64,000 nucleotides of DNA, from positions 18,292,001 through 18,356,000 of the forward strand of contig NC_086097.1 in NCBI RefSeq assembly GCF_963921235.1, read 5' to 3'. Numbering within the stretch: the stretch's first letter is position 1; each line of letters opens with the position of its first letter. Source of the DNA: Mobula hypostoma. Its lineage: Eukaryota. Below are positions 25,826 through 37,697 of the stretch, in pieces. The position numbers were made by a program, and so were the translations under genes. The notes under the pieces are model-generated. The model was not told the origin of the DNA and ran no database searches. It saw only the letters and a list, made by a program, of their open reading frames with translations.

Positions 25826-27272
25826 TAGTCAGGCCTGGAATGTGACAAGCATTCAACGAGTAGAGTCTAGATTAGGCTATCTGAATGGTGAATGACTTTA
25901 GTTACAGCTCTTAACTTAATGATATTTGTATTCATTTAATGATGGGAATTCCACATTGTAAGATAAATATGATCAGTATCATCAAAATGGAAAAGTAAGA
26001 AGAAAGATTTCTGTGAATGTTACCAGGGTTGAAAGGTTTAGATTAGAAGGAGAGCCTGGATAGGCTTCTCTTTGGCATGTAGGAGACTAAGGAGTGGATG
26101 CTTATAATCAAGAGGAGCATTGATAAAGCAAAAGGCCATAAGATCTAGGAGCAGAATTGGGCTATTTGGCCCATCAAGTCTCCTCCACCAATCCATCATG
26201 ACTGATTTATTGTCCCTCTCAACCCTATTCTCCTGCCTTCTCAACATAATCTTTCACACACGGACTCATCAAGAACCTATCAACTTCTGCTTTAAATATA
26301 CGCAGTAATTCGGCCTTTACAACCATCTATGGCAATGAATTCCACAGATTCACCACCCTCTGGCTAAAGAAATTTCTGGTGAATAAGGTGAATAGCTACA
26401 GTCTTTACTCCAGGGTAGGGTAGGGGAGTCTAACACTAGATTTTTAAAATGGGAGGGGAAATATTTTAAAAATGGCCTAATGGGTAACCTTTTCTACAAG
26501 AGTGTGGTGCACAGCTGGAACAAGTTGCCAGAAAAAGTGGCAGAGGTGCACTTGATAAAATAGGTCATAGTCAGAATGGTTTTCTCAAGGGATAATCTTA
26601 CCTGACAAATCTGTTGGAATTCTTTGAAGAAGTAACAAGCAGGATAGACAAAGGAGAATCAGTTGATGTTGTGCACTTGGATTTTCAGAAGGCCTTTGAC
26701 AAGGTGCCACACATGAAGCTACTAACAAGCTACAAGCTTATGGTATTACAGGAAATATTCTAGCATGGATAAAGTTGTGCCTGATTGGCAGGAGGCAAAG
26801 AGTGGGACTAAAAGGAGCTTTTTTTGACTGACTGTCGGTGCCTAATGGTGATTCACAGTGCTCTGTGTTGGGAGCGATTCTTTTTATGTTATATGTCAAT
26901 GATTTGGATGATGGAATTGATGGCTTTATTGCAAAATTTGCAGACGATGTGAAGACAGGTGGAGGAGCAAGTAGTTTTGAGGAAACAGAGAGGCTATAGA
27001 AAGACTCAGACAGATTAAAAGAATGGGCAAAGAAATGGCAGATGGTATAGTGTCGGGAAGTGTATGGTTATGTGCTTTGGTAGAAAAAATGAAAAAGTTG
27101 ACTATTTTCTAAGTAGAGAGAAAATAGAAAAAGCTGAGATACAAAGGGAATTGGGAGTCTTTGTGCAGGATTCCTTAAAGGTTCATTTGCAGGTTGAGTC
27201 AGTGGTGAGGAAGGCAAATGCAATGTTAGCATTCATTTCAAGAGGACTGGAATATAAAAGTAAGGATGTAAT

Positions 27273-27912
27273 TGTAACAGCCTTTGCCCCAACTGACTCC
27301 CGTTGCCTAGGGTGAATAGTCATCGACCCCGCCAAACAACTCAAATGCCTTGGTGCGGATATGGTGTGAGGCGCCCAATGATCAGCCATGACACAAATAT
27401 CAAACAATATACCAAGTGCGAGTAATGAATTATACTTTATAGCAAATTTTGGTGATGGATTAGCTGCAACAACTAAAAGAAAAGGCGCCACATAAGCAAC
27501 TTATCAGTCTTGTGCACATAATATTTTAATACGTTGGAGCACACGCCTCTGATTCCATCCATAACATCTTTCCGAGGCTCTGGCCACCCCCTGAACCTCC
27601 GAGGTCCGGTATCTGCCGCCCTGGAATCACTGCCCGTTCCCCGCAAGTCTGTCCTCTCCGCTCGCCTCCCGAAAAAGCCCGCGCTCCTCAACTCAGCATG
27701 CATATACAAGATAACATAAGATGATTTCCATTGGCTAGCAAATGAATGCACTTCTCATTATCAGTAATATAACCCAAACAAGCTGCTAGAGAGAGAACTT
27801 TCTCAGCAGTTAACATACGAGAAGCCATTTCAGTATAACAGTTCAGAGAAGGCATTTTGGTAATAAGCGATTAACAGTTATCAGTCCAGCTAATATTACT
27901 GAGAACCCTACA
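27273..27912 (-). mobile_element. 3' LTR of a Gypsy retrotransposon
   Basis: TG...CA termini (tgtaacag ... accctaca); the adjacent 27913-27922 reads GGGGGGAGAA on the minus strand, a polypurine tract. Confidence 0.85.
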
Positions 27913-27922
27913 TTCTCCCCCC

Positions 27923-29210
27923 ACACATCCCTTCCTGCAGAACACGCAGCCCAATCCACATGCAGAAAGCAGTGATCTGACTCCCCAAAACAGTAGAGAT
28001 CACACCTTGTTCCCCGGGTGCTACATAGGCCAACCTCTCTGGGGGTTTCCGACTTCTCTGAGACCTACGTACCCCCTTGTCTAACTCTTCCGCTTCAGAC
28101 GCTACAGGGGACCCTTTGAAACTATGAGGCGAACCCTCCCCTGAGAGGTCACCCAAGCCCCTCTGCACCTCGGAACCCTCTATCTCTGGTTCAGGCCCTA
28201 CATCCTCTCCTTCAGCACCCTGCGGTACCACGGACTGCCCCTCACTAGCCCCTCTTACCCCGTCTAACCCAGTGAGGGAACGGGCAGCAGTTTCTTCCTC
28301 CATCACGGGAGCATCAGTCAACAGCAGAATGTACCAAACATCCCAGTCATCATCCTCCTAGTCAGTACCCCTCATAGGGGCTGGGCTTAGGCCCATCTCT
28401 CCTGGGGTAGGCACATCCTCCACCCTACGGGGACGCAGAGTCCTGGTACTGGGTGCAGCCGCCTCGTCAGACTCCCGCTCTACCTGTACATCTTGCCCCG
28501 GGGCAACAGGTGACTCCGATGGAGAATCTTGACAGGCCCTTTTCCATCCTCGGCCGCACCCGGAAAACCGGTAGGTTTGGCATCTCTCCACCACATAGGG
28601 CATGGCTGCCCAGCGATCAGTCAGCTTGTGTTTTCCCAGTAATCCCAGATTCCTGATGAGGACTCAGTCTCTCGGTGGGAGATGAGAGGACTTTACTTTC
28701 TGGTCATACCTCCTCTTATTTCCCTGATTCTGTCGGGCGGCTACCACCCCAGCCAACTCATAAGTTCTTTTCAGTTCTTTCCTCATATCAGACACATACT
28801 TCAAGTAAGGCTTCGGCGACACCTCACCCGCATCAGTCCCGAAACAAAGGTCAATAGGCAACTTTGCCCCACACCCAAACATAAGATAATAGGACGAGTA
28901 ACCAGTAGCTTCGTTGCGTGTACAGTTGTAACAGTGAACCAGATGCCCAATGTGTCGACTCCATCGATTCTTTTTGCTGATCTCCAGAGTCCCGAGCATG
29001 TCTAGTAGTGTCCGACTGAACCTTTCCGGCTAGGGATCGCCCTGCGGATGATAGGGTGTGGTCCTCGATTTCTCAACCCCCAGCATGCCCAGCAACTCAT
29101 AGATGAGCTTACTCTCAAAGTCCTGTCCCTGGTCGCTATGTGCCCGCTGAGGAAGGCCATAGTGCACAAAATACTTCTCCCATAGCACTTTCGCCACTGT
29201 AGTCACCCTC
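27923..29210 (-). pseudogene. Gypsy pol remnant (integrase core and C-terminal tail)
   Basis: Minus strand reads HSDQGQDFES, KSRTTPYHPQG, ERFSRTLLDMLGTL, HCYNCTRNEATGYS and RRSQRSRKPPERL. Confidence 0.9.
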
Positions 29211-30954
29211 TGGGCTTGTGTTCACTAGAATTCAGAAGAATAAGGGGTAACTCATTGAAACCTATTGAATGGTGAAAGGCCTTGATAGAGAGAATGTGGA
29301 GAGGATGGTTCCTATGGTGGAGAGTCTAGGGCCAGAGAACACAGCCTCAGTATAGAGAGGCATCATTTTAGAACAGAGATGAGAAGGAATTTCTCTAGCC
29401 AGAGAGTGGTGAATCTGTGGAATTCTTTGCCACATGCAGCTGTGGAGGCCAAGTCTTTATGTATATTTAAGGCAGAGGTTGATTGATTCTTGATTGGTCA
29501 GGGCATGAAGGGATATAGGGACAAGGCAGGAGATTGGGGCTGAGAGGAACGTCGGATCAGCGTGATGAAATAGCAGAGCAGACTTGAGAGGCAAAGTGGC
29601 CTAATTCTGCTCCCATATCTTATTGTCTCATGATCTAGGTGACTACAATGACAACACTTAAAAATTATCTGGAGAGGTACACAGATAGGAAAGCTTTAGA
29701 CCAGGTGGCAAACCTACAGATAACATGTCCAAGATGGCACATGTAAAGATCTTGTTGGCACAGGAGATTTTGATTGTAGGAATTCTCTTATCCCATTGGG
29801 AAATAGAAATCCGAACAGCAGCAGAATCTGTAAATCCCAGATCCGCTTCACCAGATACCTTCACAAAATATATTCCTAGATTCCACCAAGGGCTGAATGA
29901 TTCAGAAATCTATACAAGGCAAAGTATTCTTTAGAAAAGAATGGCGTTATCTTTCCACAGAACTGACAACCAAGAACACTTACAATCCTGTAGGGTGCTT
30001 GGAAACGCTCACCAACTTAAATGTGTTTACCATCATCTTAAGATCTGGTGAACATCATGGTTGCTTTGCATAATCACTAAAAGCTTCTCATAGTGCTTAT
30101 TAAGAATTTATGTCTGGTGTAGCTTGCTGCACCTTTCAGTAGGCTCTAACGATTGATTCCATCATAAATCAGATGATTTGTGGTAACTGTACCAGGTCCT
30201 TTTATTATCTAAAAAATACGTGTGTTACAAGAATATTTCTCTATCTCTCAGCAACAATTTTTACCCTAGATTTACTGCTGGGTTATCTAAGATTTTGGTA
30301 CAGATTGAGCCACTATAGTTGAAAATGAACTTCATAAAACTGTCTCTATACTGTTAACTTTTCTAATCTGATCTATTCATTTTTCTATTACTTCCATTCA
30401 GATCAACTGTCCAGTGATCTTTTTTTTCCTGGTTTATACTTCATGTTCAGATACTATCCTTGTCCTTTAATCCATGAAGAAATGAAAAGCAAAGGATTGC
30501 CATGGTGATCATTTACAGAGAGTGGACATGTTACCTTTGAAGCATGGTTTTTGTATTCTGTTTCTTCATTGACAAAAGAGTAATACACTGACGAAGGATT
30601 CCTGGTCTGTTATTGTTAATAGACCAAATCCTTCAGAGTCAAATGAAAAGCCGTTATCTGAGAATGCCTCATTAAGTATTCCCTCCAGGTAGAAGATAGA
30701 AGACAGTAGTTTGCTATGGTTACCCACCGCAGAACTAGATAAGAACAAATAACTTGGTACTAAATACATTTTTCCTCATCAATGACCAATCTGCCCATAG
30801 ATATTTTTGCAAAGAAATTTGCTGGTATTGTATTTTCAATGTCTTCATTCCATCTTATAACTTTTTATAATGTTGTTTGCATTGCAAATACATCCTGATA
30901 TTTAAGCATTTATGCACATTTTATTCCATATCTGTATTTGCAACTTTCTTTCTT

Positions 30955-31215
30955 TATTGACATACAATGCAGAAGGACCTCTTCTGGTCCTTCGAGCCAC
31001 ACCACCTAGCAAACCCCTGATTTAATCCTAGCCTAATCACAGAACAATTTGCAATGATGGTAGGTCTTTGGACTGTGGGAGGAAACTGGAGCACACAGAG
31101 GAAAGCCATGCGGGTTACTGGGAGAATGTATAAGCTTCTTCCAGTGGCGGGAATTGAAGCTGGGTCACTGTTGCTGTAAAGCGTGCTAACCACTATGCTA
31201 CTGTGCTGCCCCACA
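30955..31215 (-). mobile_element. V-SINE-like SINE
   Basis: tctttggactgtgggaggaaactggagcac is the reverse complement of the SINE core; tRNA-like head near 31150-31210. Confidence 0.7.
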
Positions 31216-31554
31216 GGCTTTATTCTTTACAGCTGTTGAATGTTGTTGCTCTTCTTTGCACGTCGTGACAACGCATCACAGCAAATTCCTAATACATGTA
31301 AATGTATATGACGAATTAATGAGCCTTCATCTTTGATTCTTGATAAGCCTTGATGTAACTTTAAAATCAGACTTCACTCTTGGCATTTGTGTAATATTCT
31401 TCACTCTTAAGGAGTATGACTTTTCAATAACATTAAAAATGATTCACTGAAACAACACAGACAATACTAACTCAACAAAAAGCACAATTATTATTACCTC
31501 AGGCGACGAAGCATCTCAGCCTTACGGTCTACAAGAAAAAAATATGCGAATTGC

Positions 31555-32035
31555 CTGGTAAACTGCCCAAGGCATCACTGGCTCCTGCCTACCGTCCATC
31601 AAGGACGTATATACAGAAAGGGGCTGGAAGAAGGCCAGCAATATCATGAAGGATCCCACTCACCCTGCTCATGGACTGGTTGTCCCACTCCCATTAGGGA
31701 GGAAACTATGCAGCATTCACCTCAGGACCATTAGACACAAAAGCAGTTATCTCCCCTAAATCGTCAGGCTGATCAACACATCCACTCCCACCCCTACCAT
31801 TACTTCAACACATCTCCTAGCATCACCTTATATACGTACAATCAGCTTCTGCATTGTGTATAACAGTAACTTGTATACTGAGTTTTATAGGATTGCTTTT
31901 ATATTTATATTGCGTTTTTATTGCACTTTTTATGCTTATATTTTTTATGCTGCCTTGGATCTGGAGTAACAATCATTTCATTCTTCTTTACACTCGTGTA
32001 CGGAACAATGACAATAAACAACCTTAAATCCTGAA
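31555..32035 (+). mobile_element. Rex1/Babar-like LINE 3' end
   Basis: Colinear with 6875-7310; tail aatgacaataaac. Confidence 0.7.
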
Positions 32036-32260
32036 ACGTAGTCCATATTCATGAATAGAACTTACAAAATACACAATCAGAACGTTGAACAATTCAAAAT
32101 TTCTTTTCAGGAATCATTTCAGAGCACCACTGCGTGTACAGCAGTGTTGAATCCATGCTTCCATCTTCATAAAATAAGCAACCTGCAGAAACAGATGGCA
32201 GAAAGCCCCTGGAATTGCTTGATGCTGAATATCACAGTGAGTGTGTAATAAATGGGCTCA

Positions 32261-32423
32261 CTAGCATAAGATGGGGTGTCGAGCATAATTGGCTGCAGAG
32301 TCCCGGAGTAGATCAATGTAGTTTCGACATTCAGCAAGGTTCCTTTTGACGAAGGAGAGCTGGGTGACAAGCCCTTCCTCATCATTGCAGCCAGAAGTAC
32401 TTGCTGGTGGGTGTTTAGTTCTT
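32261..32423 (-). CDS. Candidate terminal coding exon of an unidentified host gene (RTKHPPASTSGCNDEEGLVTQLSFVKRNLAECRNYIDLLRDSAANYARHPILC*)
   Basis: Unique non-repeat sequence; minus-strand polypyrimidine tract and AG (tttcttttccccttattcttttaatttgaag); 53 open codons to TAG; several retained CpGs. The acceptor is AAG and no partner exon was found. Confidence 0.35.
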
Positions 32424-33427
32424 CTTCAAATTAAAAGAATAAGGGGAAAAGAAACTAATTCTGATGGTATGGCATCATTGGAAGGAAAGCATGCCTCTTA
32501 TACCTCTTAGTACAGAAACGCAAGAGAAGAAGGGTTGTAGGTATTTAGCAATCAATACAACGCTGCTTCTCTGCTGCATAAATATACACATTACGTTATT
32601 TCAGCCTGCATGCACGCAAGAGCTTCTTTCTACCTGTGTGAATATTTTCCACCTGCATCATTTGCATAAAAAGCAATCAATCTGAGTAAGTGCCGCACCA
32701 ATTTTAAAATGTAAAGCTTCTGTAGACATGAAGATTTGAAGCGATCAATCAAAAAAAAACAGTTCAAAACAAGACTGTAATTTTTGTAACCTGAAGAAAA
32801 ATGTGTGCAAACTTTGAAAAGTGCTTGGATTATTTAAGTTAACCGAGTTAAAAATTCAAGAAACGTATTGGACATGAGGAGAATTTTAATTTTTATGATA
32901 ATGACTTTTCTATGTGGTGCAGAGGTATTTCATATTCAGCCTTTGAGTCTGGTAATATTTATTGCTACTAACATTTGGGAAAAGAAGTACTTTGTCTTGG
33001 ATTCCCACGTCATCTCTGTAAGCACAAACAATTATTTAGAGTGCTGAAGTTAAGGTTTACCGTTTACAGTGGGCCAATGTCAAGATCCAGAGAGCTTGGC
33101 CAGCTTAGTGTGTGAACTACAATGGGAGCAGGGTTAAGATGATCTTGTGACTGTTCTAGGAGCTTTTGATTGATAATCAATAGCACAGAAAGAGGTAGAA
33201 CCATGGCTACATTTGCGACGGTTTGACTTTTCTCAGCCCTTAATTGAATTAAATGTCAAATTTAACATTGGACAAATGAATCATATGATTCATCCAAAGA
33301 CATCCTGTGCTTTCCAAGCTATTCAGAGTGTTCGCAATTCCAGGTTCATCCTGTTGTAACTGTGAATGTAGTCACCAGAGAGACGTTGCTGGTAGATATA
33401 AAGTTTATTTGGGGGTGGGGGGGGGAG

Positions 33428-33430
33428 GAG

Positions 33431-33482
<52 letters not shown>

Positions 33483-33497
33483 AGAGAATGAGAGAGA
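33428..33497. repeat. (GA)n microsatellite
   Basis: Direct observation. Confidence 0.95.
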
Positions 33498-34839
33498 ACC
33501 TATTTTTCAACCATCTATCTTCTCCTCCTGAAAGGTAGGCTCGCTTTGGACATCCCCATTTATCAGGTTCTAATGTACTTTAGGGCAAATGTATATTTGA
33601 AGAGTAATATTTACTCAGTACAAGAAGTTTGGAAGATGTTTTCCTCTTTCTTCATCTGGAGTTCTATGAGTCCTTCCTGCACTTGCCCACCTCTGTGGCC
33701 TCTACCCAATCTCCTACCCTTCAAGCATGTCATTACAAGGCCACATGTTGCTTGCTAGATCTGGCTTCACCCCCTCACCCAACCCACTGTTGGCTGTCTC
33801 CGCTCTACACTCTCAGTCCTCATGCAGGGTCTTGATCTGAGATGTCAACCATTCTACTGCTTCCTACAACAGTTTGATTTTTTTTTTTTTGCAGTCAATT
33901 TGCATGTTATCAACTCCAGCAAACAGCAATGTAAAAGTATGTGATGAATAAAATCCATGATCCAGGACAGTTCTCTGCCAGAACAGTACACCTGAGAAAC
34001 AAGGTTTATTGAGTTATTCAAAAGGAAATGACCCTTTCAGAGCATCATTCCCTTGGTCTTGCAATGGTGTGCAGGACTAGTATTTCCAGAGTGGAATGTG
34101 AAGCTACTAATGTTTACTTCAGATACATGAGCACTGACAACCAATACATGGCTGGCTCCCATACCAACTAACATGCTGAATGGTCTCTGATCTCAGGTCA
34201 CAGCACATGAACATAAGAAACTGGAGCAAGGTCGGGTCATTTATATCACATTTGAACTGACGATAGTCTCAACTTCACTTTCCTATCTTTTCCTCATAAT
34301 CCCTAACTCACTTGCTGTCCATCATCAAACTCCCAAAATCCTATCCCTGTGAAGGTACCAAACTTTCTTCTTCATAGGTGCCTTGACCAGAAATCCAACT
34401 TCAACATCACTCCTTGTTTGAATTTCTCTGCTGCAAACTTAAAGTCATCAATGACAACTTTGTGTAGTTTTTTTTTCCTAGGAACATCTGAGTTTACCAA
34501 ACATTATTGCAATGCCTTGAATGTCCCCTTCTCTGCAGATGAGTTTTAATGAGAGACGCATTGATGCTTTTCCCAACTGATAGTTAAATAAGCAAAAATG
34601 CACAGCTATGGGGAATACAGAAAGGGATGCAGAATTACCTTTATTGAAGTGGGCATTGATTTAAATCAATTGTGAGAGGAAGGAGATTTAAAGGAGATCT
34701 GATGAGCAAGTTTTTATACAGAGAATGGCAGATATCTGGAACATGCTTCCCAATGAGATGATGAAACCAGATACAATTATTATGCTTGAAACGTGCAAGT
34801 AGGTAAGGCGTAGGAGGGTACAGTTTAGATTAAGTGTAG

Positions 34840-35074
34840 TGGTGGTGGTGGTTGTCCGTCATGTCTGACGATGACAAGAAACTTGTGCGGGAGAGTTTTT
34901 AAAGTGGAAACGGTATTGCACTGGGGCAGTTCTACTCTCCTGATCTCAGTTTAGGTCCAATGGTACAAACTAGCACCTCAAACTGGGGTCTTCCTTGGTT
35001 GCAGTAGATGACCATAACTGCCTTCCTGTCCATTGGATCTCGCTGTAGCTCTTATCCACCCAGTCCGACTTCAT
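34840..35074 (-). mobile_element. 5'-truncated non-autonomous element related to 52496-53196
   Basis: Degenerate TSD gattaagtgtag (34828-34839) and gattaggtgtcg (35075-35086); (ACC)n tail; shares ordered motifs with the 52.5 kb element. Confidence 0.6.
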
Positions 35075-36343
35075 GATTAGGTGTCGATGGGCAACGCGGT
35101 CTGCATGGTCGATGGTGTACTGAAGGACCTGTTTCTTGTTGTATGACTTTATGACTCTATTTTGCACAACATGGAGGTTTTCACTGTATGAAGAGATAAT
35201 GTAATAAACCATGGCAAATCCGTTTCCTCATATGTCAAATTTCCTCAGGTCCAGACTGTATTCATCCAAAGAATATTATGTTGTCTTGGTAAAAATAAGA
35301 CACATAATGCAGGATGTTTTGAAAAGCTACTGTTGCTGAACTAAGATAAGGACACACAACAGAATTGAAAAATCATTCCTGAGCAATTGAGATCATTAGA
35401 TCTCCTCCATTAACATCCATTACTGAGCACATTATAAAACCTCCAAACCCAGGAAGATTACCCTAAGTGAAGGGTATACGTAACTGTCTGTCAAAAGAGT
35501 CTTATTAAGTTCAAGAATGTCAACAAGCAGCAGAATATCATTGTATTCATCTGTATAAGTAAGATAGAAAAAAACTACTTAAATGCATCACCTCTCAGTT
35601 ATGTCACCATTTTATCCAGAAATGCAATTGTCTCGGAAACCACATTAGTGACTGATGCTGGTTAATATTTTTGAGGCTGAATTAATTTATTTTCATACTT
35701 CATGAATAAAAACTTTGTACATAATAAAACTCACCTTCATTTATAATTCCAGGTCACTTTATATCGAATGCACAGGATGGACTGCAGCACAACATATGTC
35801 TGGTATGAAACACGAGCAAAAGTAGGTCACACAGTCCTTTGAACTTGCTCTGTTATTCTGTAATACCTTGACTGCAATTTTACGTCAGCTATAACTTCAT
35901 ATAGCCTTTTCACCATATTCTCACAGAGCCCAAAAATGCATCAATCACAATCTGGGATGCACTCAGTAAATGAGCAATCACGACTATGAAGTTAGATGAC
36001 CCCAAAGGTTCTTTATCCTTTAAAAGAATAGGCTTCCCTTCATCTTAGTTCTACACCCTTTTCTGAGATCATGAAATTCCACCATCTATCATGGTTTTCT
36101 TGTGCTATGGGTCCTTGTTTGTGTATAAGTTCAATCACAAATGGACTATTACACAATCTACATTGCTGATGCTTGCAATGGATGTGATGTGTATGCAGTC
36201 AAAGAGTCAGGAACGCGCAGATATCAAACTAGACTGTCAATATGCAAATAACACAAGATGTGGAAAATGTTCGGAAGGTACTTGTGTGTAAGCAAGTACC
36301 AGATTGAGCCTATCGTACAAAAAATGACCATCATTCCTGAAGG

Positions 36344-36528
36344 ATATACTGGACATACAGTACTGAGCAAAATTCTTAAGTACATATATATAGATATACT
36401 GGACATACAGTACTGAGTAAAAGTCTTAGGTACATATATATATAGATATACTGGACATACAGTACAGACTAAAAATCTGAGGTACATATTTATTACAAGA
36501 GTGCCTAAGACTTTTGCACAGTACTGTA
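36344..36528. repeat. Tandem triplication (~55-60 bp) of one arm of a tiny palindromic MITE-like element
   Basis: Three copies of tatactggacatacagtactgag(c/t)aaaa(t/g)tctta(a/g)gtaca, followed by the inverted arm gtgcctaagacttttgcacagtactgta. Confidence 0.7.
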
Positions 36529-37114
36529 GTAATTTTATGTATTGCACCGTACTGCTGCCATGAGAAAAAAAGCCAAAAACAAATTTCATGACATATGTGT
36601 ATGATAAATCTGATTCTGATATGGATCCCTTCTGTGGACTGAGAGTGAGAAGGGGGCAAGGAGAGGGGAATCATGCTTGGGAAAAGGGGAAGGGAGAGAA
36701 GGAGGAGTGGGAAACACCAGAGAGACTTTCTGTAATGATTGATAAACCAATCGTTTGGAATCAAGTGACCTTGCCTGGTGCCTCAAGGCTGGGACACCCG
36801 TGCCACCCACACTCCCCCACCCCGGGGACTCCTTCTCTGCCACCTGTCACACAGCACTCCCACGGCACTCCACTCTCACCATTTCAAACATCCTTTGCTC
36901 CTGCCAGATTTACAAACCGACTCTCTGCTCCACACTGTGCAAGTCTGAGGCAACCTAGCTATATATATGTGTGTGTTCTGTATGTTTCTGTACAGTTCTG
37001 TAGCTGATGGAGGCACCTGTTACCAGAGAAAATTTGAAGAGATGAAATTGACTAAGGATATCGAGGTTGCTTTTTATTGTTATCTATTAATGAAACAGAA
37101 AAAAACACACTCAT

Positions 37115-37697
37115 AGAACCATACAGCACTATAGCACAGAAACAGGCCTTTTGGCCCATCTAGTTGAGCCAAACTCTTATTCTTCCTAGTCCCATCAATC
37201 TGCACCAGAGCATAAGCCCTCCATACACCTTTTATTCATAGTGGACAGTGAGGAAGGCTATAAAGCTTGCAGTGGGATCTGCACTTATCCAAACTTTTCT
37301 TAAATGTTTACAACAAACCTACACCCATCACGTTGACTGGCAGCTCATTCCACACTCTCATGGCCTCCTGAATGAAGGAGTTCCCCCTAAACATTTCACT
37401 CTTAACCCATGACCTCTAGTTTTAGTCTCAGCCAATCCCAGTGGGAAAAGCCTAGTTACTTACTGAAGCCACTTTCAAGGAGTTATAGATCTGTATTCCC
37501 AGGTTCCTCTGTGCTATTGCACTGCTTCAATGTCCCATCGTTCACTGTGTAAGTCCTACCTTGGTTTGTCCTCCCAAAGTGCAACACCTCACAAATTGGT
37601 TGCTTCATATTCCATCTGTCATTTCTCAGCCCATTTTTTCCAACTATTTCAGATCCCACTGCAAGCTCTATAGCTTTTCTCACTGTCCACTACACTC
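37115..37697 (-). mobile_element. CR1 3' fragment with internal deletion
   Basis: CEVLHFGRTNQGRTYTVN on the minus strand and a CR1 3' UTR. Confidence 0.8.

Larger units (their letters stand above)
26555..29632 (+). mobile_element. CR1 LINE RT to 3' end, interrupted by a Gypsy remnant
   Basis: DFQKAFDKVPH, FADD and VVRKANAMLAFISRGLEYKSKDV, then resumes near 29207 with a complete 3' UTR. Confidence 0.85.

Noticed and set aside
30574..30688. Possible plus-strand exon (SNTLTKDSWSVIVNRPNP...)
   Set aside because: Non-optimal splice sites, low-information peptide and no linked exons.
35738..35803. Exon-like segment with plausible splice sites on both strands
   Set aside because: The minus-strand version has stops in all three frames; the plus-strand version is short, unrecognised and has no partner exons.
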